From a virus (Duplodnaviria; Caudoviricetes), in the IMG/VR virus record IMGVR_UViG_3300011336_000364, positions 1 to 62,237 of that record: 62,237 nucleotides of DNA. One strand, given 5' to 3'. Made by a program: the position numbers and the translations under genes. The notes below the pieces were generated by a model that saw nothing but the letters and a program-made list of their open reading frames with translations, was not told the origin of the DNA and searched no databases. Positions 1-10,600 of the stretch are shown here, in pieces. Every line of letters starts with the position of its first letter. Within the stretch, counting starts at the first letter, position 1.

Positions 1-182
1 TGGCGTAGCAGCTACAATCCCAACGGGTGTTTTTCGTACTGGACTTAACACACTCGCGGTAACATCAAATAGTGCTGGCTCAAGTGCAGCATTTACTGCA
101 TCTACATCTGACTTTTTCTTTGTAGACGAGCAAGTTGCTGATCAGTTAGTGGTAAATAGTGTTGCTGATGGAACAAAGGGTG
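1..182. repeat. Terminal direct repeat (circular overlap), left copy
   Basis: Matches 62056-62237 except at positions 18 and 56; indicates a complete circularly permuted genome. Confidence 0.95.
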
Positions 183-943
183 ACGGATTAAGCCTTGCGG
201 CTGCACCGCTTGGTTTTAGAAATGCTAACGCTCCAACAAGTGTAAGCACTACTACTGGACTTTGGACGTATACACTGGGAAACTCTACTCCTCTAGTTAA
301 TGGTCAGTTGATTTTATTTACTGCTATTACTGGTGGTGCTGGTGCATTCCAGACGAACCGGCTTTATTCTGTAATCGTAGTTAGCCCAAACACGTTCTAC
401 TTGACTGAGCGACAATCTACACAGGTTATTGTTCCAAGTGCAAACGTTACGGCATCTACGTTCTACACGACTGCTTCAGGTACTGGTTTAGGTCCTCAGT
501 CACCTAGTAATAACGGTAATATTCCTGAGCCATTGCCCGGAATGTATGTCCGTCCAATGTATTTAAAGGTTAATGTTGTTCCTACAAACGTTAACTTTGC
601 AGCTGTTACTGGCGCTGTATCTTTGCAAAACATTACAGTCACTTGTACTGGTTCTTATGTTCGTGGATTCAGTGCAAGTACTGGTGCAATGTCTGATCTT
701 GACGGTACTCCATATAGTACGGTTACAAGCAAGACATTCACGCAAGTTTTTGCTGATGGTGTTACGCCAGTTAATGGACGTGGACTGCTAGGTACCATGC
801 CAATTCAAACAGATTATCCATTCTTGCGATTTTCTGTTTCGGTTGGACGTACTGAGACCTCTACCACTGGACTGTTCGGTACTGGTGCAAATCTTGGATT
901 AGGTCTATCGCTGGTTGCCGGACGTGACAACGCCCAGCCATAA
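1..943 (+). CDS. 3' part of putative capsid cement/decoration protein (about 334 aa in total)
   Basis: Position after a BPP-1-like MCP; beta-rich with C-terminal YPFLRFSVSV; function inferred from synteny. Confidence 0.6.
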   Translation, partial: GVAATIPTGVFRTGLNTLAVTSNSAGSSAAFTASTSDFFFVDEQVADQLVVNSVADGTKGDGLSLAAAPLGFRNANAPTSVSTTTGLWTYTLGNSTPLVNGQLILFTAITGGAGAFQTNRLYSVIVVSPNTFYLTERQSTQVIVPSANVTASTFYTTASGTGLGPQSPSNNGNIPEPLPGMYVRPMYLKVNVVPTNVNFAAVTGAVSLQNITVTCTGSYVRGFSASTGAMSDLDGTPYSTVTSKTFTQVFADGVTPVNGRGLLGTMPIQTDYPFLRFSVSVGRTETSTTGLFGTGANLGLGLSLVAGRDNAQP

Positions 944-954
944 GGATAATTAAA

Positions 955-1602
955 ATGAATATAGGCCAAATAAAACAAAAGGTGAGGATGCTAGGTAAGA
1001 ACTACTTTGGCACTGATGCCGATCGTGATCCGTTTGGCCTAGATTACTTAATTATTGAATCAGCGAATCAAATTGCACGACAAACAGACTGTCTTGTAGG
1101 TCGTCGCAAACTATCCGTAGTGGCAGGGGAAGCAGATTACTGCTCCCCTGACCTCTACAAAATTCGTGTTATTAAAATACTTAGTCAGGCTGGTAACTAC
1201 GGAAAGATTCGTATTTACAACTACAGCGATCAAATGATTGATTACTGGCGCAATGCCGGATCGCAACTAGTACCAGATGTTGCAGCAATACGTGGGATGA
1301 ACGCCATCACTTTACTTCCTACGCCGCTTGAAAATATTACAGATGGCCTGTTAGTAGAAGGATTCTGCATTCCCGGTGATTACTGGGAATACGATGCTAA
1401 CGGCAACCCAATTGTCAATTCAGACACTACTGAATGCCCATTACCTGTTGTTGGTCATGACTGCTTAGTCTTTGCAGTTCTTTACAATCGAGCTATGCAA
1501 ATGATGGATGCAAATGGCATGGCTGTTTTCAATAAAGAATATCTTGAACGTTTAGGCCAACTAGAATCTTATGCAGCTACATATGCGAGGAGGACAGTTT
1601 AA
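955..1602 (+). CDS. Head-tail adaptor/tail tubular protein A-like
   Basis: Helical N-terminus (LDYLIIESANQIARQTDCL) and C-terminus (HDCLVFAVLYNRAM) typical of podovirus adaptors; synteny. Confidence 0.6.
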   Translation: MNIGQIKQKVRMLGKNYFGTDADRDPFGLDYLIIESANQIARQTDCLVGRRKLSVVAGEADYCSPDLYKIRVIKILSQAGNYGKIRIYNYSDQMIDYWRNAGSQLVPDVAAIRGMNAITLLPTPLENITDGLLVEGFCIPGDYWEYDANGNPIVNSDTTECPLPVVGHDCLVFAVLYNRAMQMMDANGMAVFNKEYLERLGQLESYAATYARRTV

Positions 1603-2522
1603 TGGCTTTAGGATTTACTACGCTTCGCAACGAGGCATTAAAACTACTCAATGAAACAAACACTTCTGTTGTCGGTGAACTAGCAACAGGCATTGGTCAA
1701 GGATTTATTTCTGCTACCATCACTCTTGGTAACGCAATAATTGTCGCTAACAACAATTTCTCCGCCGGAGATCAAATAAAATTTTTAGCATCAACTGTCA
1801 CAAACGTTGTGGCTGGAACGATATATACAGTATCAGCAACAAACTTATCAGCATCACAGTTTCAGATTACAGGTGTTACACCAAGTGGTGGAACAGGTGG
1901 AACATTTACTGTCGTATCCGCTGCTGTATTTAGCGACAGCACAATACTTGACTACATCAATGAAGCAGCAGCAGACATGTGCCGTACATGCTGTTTTGAG
2001 CAATTGACGTACACAGCTCCTTCTACGACGTCCTCTCGTATTACTAACACATCTAGCACACGTATATGGTTTCCGATGCATGTTGGTTACAGTACGTATA
2101 ACTTAATACACTGCGGAGAAATGGAGTTACGATCCTACGATTTAAACTACCATAATACATTTGGTGTTCCAAAGTACTGGTACAAATCAGGACAATACAA
2201 CGTCGGTATCTATCCAGTTCAGTCGTCGCCAATTACATTGATTATTACTGGCGCAGCTATACCAACACCAATTGCCACGGCTATGATTACAACTGATACG
2301 TATAGTTTTATCCCAGACGACATAATGCTTAAAACTATTCCTGCGTATGTAGCCGGAAAATTAGCTATGAAAAACTTTGATGACCCATCACTTGTCGGTA
2401 GGTCTTTCTGGAAAGATTGGTACGACAATAATAGAATGTTGCTGTGGGCGCAGCTAGATGCAAGCTTAAAAGCATCTGGTGGACCGTTCGCAATACCTCC
2501 GGTTCCACAGGCAAGTAAATGA
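1602..2522 (+). CDS. Second adaptor-like paralog with an inserted beta module
   Basis: ILDYINEAAADMCRTCCF resembles the 955-1602 protein; GVPKYWY...IYPV adaptor-like motif. Confidence 0.55.
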   Translation: MALGFTTLRNEALKLLNETNTSVVGELATGIGQGFISATITLGNAIIVANNNFSAGDQIKFLASTVTNVVAGTIYTVSATNLSASQFQITGVTPSGGTGGTFTVVSAAVFSDSTILDYINEAAADMCRTCCFEQLTYTAPSTTSSRITNTSSTRIWFPMHVGYSTYNLIHCGEMELRSYDLNYHNTFGVPKYWYKSGQYNVGIYPVQSSPITLIITGAAIPTPIATAMITTDTYSFIPDDIMLKTIPAYVAGKLAMKNFDDPSLVGRSFWKDWYDNNRMLLWAQLDASLKASGGPFAIPPVPQASK

Positions 2523-2815
2523 AAATAGCTTACGGTCGATTAGCCTTAATCATACTAGCTGCATTTATGGCAAGTGCTGCTCCTGAATTTGACGCATCGT
2601 GGAAATCACAACACATTCCCGACAATGCTACATTTGGCACGGTAACTCGTGCTCTATTTTTGTCTGGCATTGAAGGCCTACGTGCTGGTATACCTGCAAT
2701 GGTTACTGCGTTGATTGCATTCTTTATGAGACAAGACAGTAACTTGCCTGTGTTTTCTACAAGACTACCGGAGGTTACAAAGATCAGTGAAGCCACGAGG
2801 AACATCGATGGATAG
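2519..2815 (+). CDS. Small membrane protein, holin-like
   Basis: Two hydrophobic segments; in lysis/structural cluster. Confidence 0.45.
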   Translation: MKIAYGRLALIILAAFMASAAPEFDASWKSQHIPDNATFGTVTRALFLSGIEGLRAGIPAMVTALIAFFMRQDSNLPVFSTRLPEVTKISEATRNIDG

Positions 2816-3086
2816 AGATCAGCTAATCGCAGGAGCCATTGGTGCAGTTGCTGGCACTGACTGGTGGGACAAAACCAAAGTGAAAAACATTTGGCATGGT
2901 CTTGCTGGTGTAATCGTCGGCACGATATCAGCTGTATATCTCACACCTCTTATTGCTAAACAATTCCAATGGACAACACCTGAACAAGTTGTTGGCGTTG
3001 CATTTGCTGTTGGCACACTTGGACTTAGAGCCGTTCAGTTGGTTAATGCAATGGCTGAAAAAATTGTAAAGAGGCTAGGCGAATGA
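2808..3086 (+). CDS. Putative holin
   Basis: Multiple TM segments, basic C-terminus; start reassigned to ATG 2808 after GAGG RBS. Confidence 0.55.
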   Translation: MDRDQLIAGAIGAVAGTDWWDKTKVKNIWHGLAGVIVGTISAVYLTPLIAKQFQWTTPEQVVGVAFAVGTLGLRAVQLVNAMAEKIVKRLGE

Positions 3087-3208
3087 TGGCACTTTACGGG
3101 AGCAAGGCTGTTGCGGCTGGTGTCACTGCTGCGATGAGTGCTGCGCTGGGCTTCTTGACGATGCCGTTCAAGGGGACGGGAATCAATGCGCTGAAGGTGG
3201 GCAAATGA
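3083..3208 (+). CDS. 41-aa hydrophobic ORF, possibly a truncated holin-like remnant
   Basis: MMALYGSKAVAAGVTAAMSAALGFLTMPFKG...; ATGA overlaps at both ends; not in the ORF track. Confidence 0.45.
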   Translation: MMALYGSKAVAAGVTAAMSAALGFLTMPFKGTGINALKVGK

Positions 3209-3432
3209 ACTTTGTAAACTTTGACATTGTCAAGGAACCAGCACCATCAACCGATTGGCGTGTCTTTGGCGATATCTACGACGATTCAAACAACCTTATA
3301 GGTACATTTGGGCCAGATGGAACAAGCGTAAATTTATGGTGGGTCACACAGGATGAGTTGTTTCAGTCGCAAATTGTCAGACAGTTTGCTGTTGTAATGG
3401 CTCAACAGATTACAAGTGGAGATGCCGAATAA
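3205..3432 (+). CDS. Hypothetical tail-associated protein
   Basis: Translationally coupled ORF before the tail-spike gene. Confidence 0.6.
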   Translation: MNFVNFDIVKEPAPSTDWRVFGDIYDDSNNLIGTFGPDGTSVNLWWVTQDELFQSQIVRQFAVVMAQQITSGDAE

Positions 3433-5120
3433 TGGCAACTTATTACGTTCGACCTGATGGTAACAATGCCAATACAGGGACTGGGCCAGCAGTTGGTCAA
3501 GCGTGGGCTACGGTTGTTTATGCTCTGGCTAATATGGCATTACCTGATGCTACAAATACCCTATACATTGCTCCCGGTACATATCGTGGTCCAGTAACGA
3601 TTTCTGTTACCCCCAGCGTCTCAAATACTTTGATTGTCGCTGGTGACCCTACAGCCGCACAGTTTACAGGTGTAACGGCTGGACGTGTCCGCATAACATC
3701 ATTTACAACAGACAACACTGGTACACCAACAATCAGCCAAACTTTGACCTGTGACAATAAGACATATTTCACGTTGCGTAATTTGCACATAGAGGGATAT
3801 CAGACAACTAACGGGACAGGTATAGCACACTTCCTAAACAGCAAAAATTACACAGTTGAGAAATGCATATTTACACATTACAGACGTGGTTCAGGGACAA
3901 GTTGTATATTTTTGACAACAACAACGACAACAGCAATCAATGCCACTTTTGATAAATGTGTAATCTTCAATGGATATGCGGGATTAAACATTGTCAGTCC
4001 AGCCACTGGGTCAACATTTGATTTAGGTGTGACTGTAAAAGATACGATTATTACACTAACAAATAACGCTGTGATTATTACAAATCCATCAGAAGGTGCT
4101 GGTGTTGGTAATGGCGTTACGTTTTACAACTGCATACTGCAAGGTGGAGCAACGCTGTATCTTCGTACAACCAACACAACCAACAAAACATTGTTCTACA
4201 ATAATGCAATTGTTGCATTTGCTGGTATTGGCTTAGATGCAACATCCAACGCTGTGACCGAAGATTACAACAGGTTTTCCTGTACGACTGATAGAAGTGG
4301 CACGATGGGTCCTAGTACAAACTCACAGTCTGGCGTGTTTGCTTCGGACTTTGACTACAGCCGTATTACTGGTTTATATGCGCTTGACTTCTGGGCTTCA
4401 TATAACGGGTCAATCGCACAGAATACAGGCACATTGTCAGGCGCACCGACTGTAGATATCTTTGGTGATGCTTGGTCAAGTACAAATCCAGATGTCGGAG
4501 CGGCAACATTCAAGATTGCATCGTCTGTTGGCGCATACAACCCAACCGAGCGCAACGCATCCACCATCACAATCGCACCCAGTAGCACATCACAAAGCAT
4601 CGAGTTATACCTAGGTGCTACAGGGCTAACCGCCTCCACCGCTGGTCTCTCAGCCCGCTACAACCGGACACGCACAGCCAGCGTATCAATCCCGCTGGTA
4701 GCCCGTACAATCGCGCAGGCGTGGACTTCTGGCGGCTTTGCGGAGGTAGACGCAGTTGAAATGCCCGGTGTCTATCGTTTAGATATTCCTAACGAAGCAG
4801 TCAATGTAGGTGCAGACGATGTTACTGTTGTCGTAAGGGGTGCGTCAGGTACTAACGGTGCAGTCATGACTATTAAACTCAGTTCAGGTGGTCTGACAGC
4901 GGCACAGACAGCAGACGCTATTCTCAATCGAAAGTTAGACAGTACAGGTGACGGCACTGACACACTCAACGAACGTACCGTTCGTAGTGCATTGCGGGCA
5001 ATGCGTAATAAAGTGTCGGTAGGAAATGGCACGATGACTGTATATAAAGAAGACGATTCTGCCACTGCGTGGACAGGCTCGTTGTCTAACACTGCTGACG
5101 TAACGGTAGACCCATCGTAA
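3432..5120 (+). CDS. Tail spike/receptor-binding protein, pectin-lyase-like beta-helix
   Basis: TYYVRPDGNNANTG...AWATV...YIAPGTY N-terminal motif followed by beta-helix-like repeats. Confidence 0.7.
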   Translation: MATYYVRPDGNNANTGTGPAVGQAWATVVYALANMALPDATNTLYIAPGTYRGPVTISVTPSVSNTLIVAGDPTAAQFTGVTAGRVRITSFTTDNTGTPTISQTLTCDNKTYFTLRNLHIEGYQTTNGTGIAHFLNSKNYTVEKCIFTHYRRGSGTSCIFLTTTTTTAINATFDKCVIFNGYAGLNIVSPATGSTFDLGVTVKDTIITLTNNAVIITNPSEGAGVGNGVTFYNCILQGGATLYLRTTNTTNKTLFYNNAIVAFAGIGLDATSNAVTEDYNRFSCTTDRSGTMGPSTNSQSGVFASDFDYSRITGLYALDFWASYNGSIAQNTGTLSGAPTVDIFGDAWSSTNPDVGAATFKIASSVGAYNPTERNASTITIAPSSTSQSIELYLGATGLTASTAGLSARYNRTRTASVSIPLVARTIAQAWTSGGFAEVDAVEMPGVYRLDIPNEAVNVGADDVTVVVRGASGTNGAVMTIKLSSGGLTAAQTADAILNRKLDSTGDGTDTLNERTVRSALRAMRNKVSVGNGTMTVYKEDDSATAWTGSLSNTADVTVDPS

Positions 5121-5128
5121 GGTATCTA

Positions 5129-5381
5129 TATGCAACACACAATCACGCTTACAGAAATCTTAGAACACGGTGACTTCACCATCAGGTTTGCGGACAAGCA
5201 ATTTGCCGCGAATACACTGGAGGAACTGCTTGGATTTTCCGAGTCAGAACTGGACGCGATATCTGGTAGGTTGTTGCGTTCACTATTGATTATTGAGTAC
5301 ATGAAACAACAGCGACTGCCGATAAGTGCAACGCTTGACTCTGATGCGCCGAGTGGGCAGATAGTGACTATCAATGGCTAA
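5129..5381 (+). CDS. Hypothetical tail-associated protein
   Basis: 83-aa ORF (track 5130-5381) with AAGG RBS, coupled to the next gene. Confidence 0.55.
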
Positions 5382-6471
5382 AGTACGTGCATTCATACCA
5401 ACAGAGATGCCAATGCTCTCTTCTGTGTCTGGGCCAGTCACTTATACACTGTCGGCAATCAGTGATTATATTTCGCTTATATGTCAAGCGGAAGAAGATG
5501 CGACTATCACCAGAGTTACTGGTTGGGTTAATACCCGTGGTGGAACACCGGGTACAACCCGTGTTGGCATTCAGACGGTTGGTGCGACAACAGGACTAGC
5601 GACTGGTACGTGGCTAGGCTACGTTGACCTAACTACAGATGCTACTAATTTTCCAGCCAACGGAATAAAGGAATGGACTCTGTCCACCAACGCTACTTTG
5701 ACTCGTGGTCAATACTATGCAATAGTCATTCAGGCACTATCGGGAACGTGGAATACAGGTTCTGACAACCTGACAATGTTTGCCACTAGTGGTACTGGTG
5801 TAGGTTCTTCACTTGCATTATTCCCATATGTTCAAACCGTTTTAAATACGGTGTCTGGTGCTAAGACTACAACCCAGATTGTTCCAACTATTGGATGTGG
5901 TTCATCGACAACGCAATATCGCATTGCCCATAAACCAGCCAGTATTGGTTCGTGGGGCTCTGGGTCTACTCCTAATCAACGAGGCATGAAGTTTAGCCTA
6001 CCTGCATCAACTGTAACCTCATACAAGATTGCTGGCGTACGGATGAATGTTGGGCCAACCAACAGTGCATCGACGTGGGACTTAAACTTGTATGACGCTT
6101 CTAATACTGTGTTGCAAAGCCGGTCATTTACAAATCAAGAAGCGTATAACACAAACTCCTTGTTATTGCGTGACTACTATTTTGATGAATCAACCCTAAC
6201 CGCTTTGTCACCAAATACGGATTACAGGATTGCAGTTCAGGCAACAAATGCTTCGTTGGGCTGTATGTCATATATTGAATTTACTAGTGCAACTGACTGT
6301 AGCAGTGCTTTCATACCGGGTGGAACGTATCATCAAACTACACGTACAGGCACTGGAGCGTGGACAGATGCAACAACAACGTGGATGCCAATGCAGTTGA
6401 TTATTGATGACCTGACTTCGTCGGCAGGTGGTGGTTTAGCGGCTAATCCGTTAGCGGGGTACGTGAGATGA
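5374..6471 (+). CDS. Tail fibre/receptor-binding accessory protein, two beta-sandwich repeats
   Basis: Repeated LTRGQYYAIVIQA / LSPNTDYRIAVQA; Thr/Ser/Gly-rich. Confidence 0.55.
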   Translation: MAKVRAFIPTEMPMLSSVSGPVTYTLSAISDYISLICQAEEDATITRVTGWVNTRGGTPGTTRVGIQTVGATTGLATGTWLGYVDLTTDATNFPANGIKEWTLSTNATLTRGQYYAIVIQALSGTWNTGSDNLTMFATSGTGVGSSLALFPYVQTVLNTVSGAKTTTQIVPTIGCGSSTTQYRIAHKPASIGSWGSGSTPNQRGMKFSLPASTVTSYKIAGVRMNVGPTNSASTWDLNLYDASNTVLQSRSFTNQEAYNTNSLLLRDYYFDESTLTALSPNTDYRIAVQATNASLGCMSYIEFTSATDCSSAFIPGGTYHQTTRTGTGAWTDATTTWMPMQLIIDDLTSSAGGGLAANPLAGYVR

Positions 6472-7373
6472 GTAAGTATCTAGGCGACTTCAATGCGTCA
6501 GACATAATAGACTTTAAGTTTACAACTTTCCGTCCTTCTACTGGTGCGCCATTTACGCTTGCTGGCAGTCCAGTTGTCTCTGTGTATAAAGACAATAGCA
6601 CAACGCAATCAACTGCTGGTGTGGCGCTGTCGGTTGATTTCGATGCTGTTACCGGTTTGCATAACGTAAGGATTACAACATCCAGTGATGCCACGTTTTA
6701 CGCTAACGGTGGAGAGTTTGAATGTGTGATTACGACTGGCACTGTTGATTCAGTTAGCGTCGTGGGTTCTTGTGTTGGCAGATTTACACTGGGGGTTACT
6801 GCTAGTAACGTTTGGGATGCCTTGCTTGCATCATATGCAGTCAATAACTCGTTTGGGCAGAGAGTATTGCGCTCAACTACATCACAATCTTCCTGTGCCG
6901 TAACTGGGTCAAACCATATTGCCGCAGATATACATCAACTTCAGGCAGACGTAATTACGGCGGCAGGTATTGCTGCTAACGCAATTGATGCTAATGCACT
7001 GGCGACTGATGCTGTAACTGAAATTGCTGTTGCTACATTGACTACAGATATTTCAAATTATGTATCACCAACTGCTGGTTATGCTATATATGAAGGGCTT
7101 CTTCAGGCAGGGCTTGCAAAGAGTTTTTCTGAACAAACAACAACCTCCGCTTATATAGAATCTCATGCCGATACATTGCTAAATCGCAACGTGGGTGGTG
7201 GTTCTAACGCAGGACGGCTAGTCAAAGAAGCGTTGTATGCATTGCGAAATAAGTCAGAGATTTCTGGCAATCAGTTAAATGTGTACAACGCTACTGATGG
7301 AGCCATTTCATGGTCTGCAACAGTATCAAGTAGTGCTTCTGCTGACCCTGTCACAGGGATTGACCCACCGTAA
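6468..7373 (+). CDS. Tail fibre anchor/adaptor protein
   Basis: Ig-like N-terminus; C-terminal domain shared with 3432-5120. Confidence 0.55.
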   Translation: MSKYLGDFNASDIIDFKFTTFRPSTGAPFTLAGSPVVSVYKDNSTTQSTAGVALSVDFDAVTGLHNVRITTSSDATFYANGGEFECVITTGTVDSVSVVGSCVGRFTLGVTASNVWDALLASYAVNNSFGQRVLRSTTSQSSCAVTGSNHIAADIHQLQADVITAAGIAANAIDANALATDAVTEIAVATLTTDISNYVSPTAGYAIYEGLLQAGLAKSFSEQTTTSAYIESHADTLLNRNVGGGSNAGRLVKEALYALRNKSEISGNQLNVYNATDGAISWSATVSSSASADPVTGIDPP

Positions 7374-7642
7374 TGGCCGCAGGATATAGGTCATATGCAT
7401 TTCGTTGGATAGGTGGATTATCTGCTCCTATAGATTCTCCATCAACCGGTTGTGAGTGTCCTACCTATAAGCGTGATGGCAGTCTTAGTAACAGTTGGGT
7501 TTCTGATTCTTGCAATGTAGGCCATCCATCATTGCTGTATACCATTCCTATCTTTAGGTTGTATATGCTTGCACCGATTGTTAGTTCCTATAAGGTTCCT
7601 GCTACGCTTACAAATGCATGGCAACGAAAGGCATGTGAATAA
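7373..7642 (+). CDS. Hypothetical protein
   Basis: TAATG-coupled on both sides. Confidence 0.6.
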   Translation: MAAGYRSYAFRWIGGLSAPIDSPSTGCECPTYKRDGSLSNSWVSDSCNVGHPSLLYTIPIFRLYMLAPIVSSYKVPATLTNAWQRKACE

Positions 7643-10600
7643 TGGCAACAAAACAAGTTACAAATAATCAACAAGCTTTTACATTAGGTGAAAAGGCATT
7701 CCTTGGTATCGATACGTTTAATGCTCCCAATAGATTACAGGATGGGTATTTTCAAAATTTACAAAATCTATTTGTTTACGGTAATGCGTTACAACCTCGC
7801 AATGGCTGGCAAACTTGTTGGTGGTCTGCATCTACAACCAACTTCCAAATTGCCAACGCACCTATTTATGAAATTACTCCGCTTAAGTATGCCGGGTTTA
7901 AAAGTCGGTTAGTTTTTACCTGCAACAATAAGTTGTATTACTGGGATCCAACTACGTACGAAACCACTGGTAGCCAACCTATAGAGTTACTAGATCGAAC
8001 AAATGGAAACGCATCATTCTCATTCCCTGACAGTGAAAACGTGCGCATGATTACGCACGGTAGATACATATACGGTGCAGCTGGTGGATCTAATTCGTTG
8101 TTCCGTGTTCGCATGAATGGGTCTAGTATTGAAGCCGAGAGCGTACCAGTCCTTGATGATTTTTCCAGCGTAATCCCAATTGCTACAGCTGTCCCATTAT
8201 CTATTGCGTCAATTAGTCAATCAAATACATCGGCTATTGACACAGCTTCTTTTGGTAGCGCTCCAGCAATTTTAACTAATCAAATTACGAACGGTAATTT
8301 TGCAACTAATACTGCTACTGGATTTGGACAATGGAACTACAACACTGGCGACGCTGAGTTTATTACAAGTACTACTAAAACCGTAGGCGCATACACTTAT
8401 AACGTTTACAGCATTACATCAAAGAATCCGAATAACTACATCTTGACGAGAGATGGAACCGTTAGTAATTGTATTAAGATTGATCACATACAGGACTTTA
8501 TATTTCAAGATATTGACGTGCGCGGTAGCAGCATTGTTAAAGATGACACGCCTCTTGCATTTACGACATGGAACACAAACTGTAGTGCAACTGTTACATT
8601 AAGTAACGCAACAATATCTGGTACTAACTCGTTTGTTGCTGGTGATCCAGTTGTGTTTAAAACATCAACAGTAACAAACATTGTAGCCAATACTGTTTAC
8701 TACGTTCTCGCTGCCAGCCTTACAACTACTACTTTTAGGATTGCAACTGCACCAGGGGGTACTGCAATTACACCAACTGGTGGTACAGGTGGAACGTTTG
8801 CTGTTACGCTTCCTGCTTTAATTACTACTGCAGCAATTCATTCATTTGCTGTCGGTCAAGCAATTAGGTTTACAACCACAACTGGTGGCACATCTATATC
8901 GACAACTTATTACGTAAAATCTGTTACATCAACAACATTTACTGTTACCACAGATTCAACTACAGTTGGTAGTGCATTCTTGTTTACGTCTGCAGTTGCA
9001 TCTACGGCTAACTATATAAAGCCTTGGCACAATGCTGGGTCTTATGTGCTCACGTTTTATGCCTATAACCAAGATGACCTCACTAACTTTGTCAGCAACA
9101 ACACATTAGATGTGACTGTTCAGGGCTATACCAAAACGGCAACTACGGCATTTGGAAGTGGTCAGGCTATCATCCCAGCACAAGTCTATTACAGTGCTCA
9201 GCCTCAAACAGCAACAACTGCAAGTGACTGGCAAAAATTTCAGATCTATATTGACTTCAGGGATTACGATCAAATTCTAACTGGAATACAGGTCAGAGTA
9301 CAAGCTGCATTTGACAGAGGTGGAGACAGCTTTGTTTACTTAGATGACTTTTCGTTACATGCAGTAAACGCAAGGATGCAAATCAGTGAAGTCCAAGATG
9401 ACATCAAAGGCCTTGCTAAGTTAGTTACGAATCAAGCCAACTCTACGTTTATAACTGATACACAACCTACTGATCCGTTTACTAACTATCTGGCAAACGA
9501 GTATATAAAGATTAATCTTCCTGCTGCTACTGATTTACGGCAGGTTGAATCAGTTAGTATCAAAGCAGCATTCTCCGAAAAAATTAATCAAGCTGTTCCT
9601 CCATTTAGTCTAGGTATGCGAAGCAGTACTAAAATGGAATTTACGGGACAGTGTACTTACGATAAGGATATTGGTTATTTAACGTTTGAGCTTTTCCCAA
9701 TATCAACCGACACACGGGCTAGTGTGTCTGCGTTGTATTTTAAATTAGACTATGACGTGTCAGGGTTTTTTAATAATGAATGGGTTATTAGTTTTGGCGA
9801 TGTAACCAAGCAAGGTAACTTGACGCCAGCTTCTAAGTACGAATACGCATTTACATTGTGGAGACCATACACGTTACCTACCGGATCTCCGGGTACATGG
9901 TCGTCAGCGGAGCTTCCTAATTCAAGTGGGTTTGAAACACCACCAAGTGCATACAGTAAAGAAGTTGTAGTCACGGCAGCTATTAATCAAGTTACTATTG
10001 CCTTACCTTATGACTTTCTTACGCTTAAACGCGGTGGGGCAGGGACTGTCTCTAAATACAAGTACTGCCTTATATATAGAAAAAACATATTGAGTGGAGA
10101 CAATAGGGGAAGGCTTATTGGTTTCATCGATTTAGACAATGGCACAACCTATACGTCTACTCAATGGACTGGCCTTACTTCTGGAAACGTTACAAATACT
10201 GTTGCTGGTGTTGCTACTACGCAGTTAAACATATATGACCAAGTGCAAGACAGCGCATTGTTCTTTGACAACGGACCGGGCACACGAGGTTATAGGTTAC
10301 GTCAGGGACGAGATCAATTTCCTATTGGATGTGACTCACTTGCTGTTTACAATGAACGTTTGTTTGCAAGTAAGAAGAACACTATATACGCAAGTTGGGC
10401 TTTAGATTCGACTAATGAGTATGGGATTTACACTACCCTTGTTCCAGATATGCTTGACCCAGAAGTTGCGATTAAAGGTACGTCTTTTAGTATCAGTAAC
10501 TCAACTGATCAAGAACAAATACAAGCAATGATATCTGTTCAGGGTGACGGATTAATGCGAGACAACAGTACGTCTGCAGCATTGGTCATTATGCGTGAAC

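Noticed and set aside
1-182. Terminal repeat as the biological DTR of the virion DNA
   Set aside because: It falls inside a structural gene; more consistent with an assembly overlap of a circular contig
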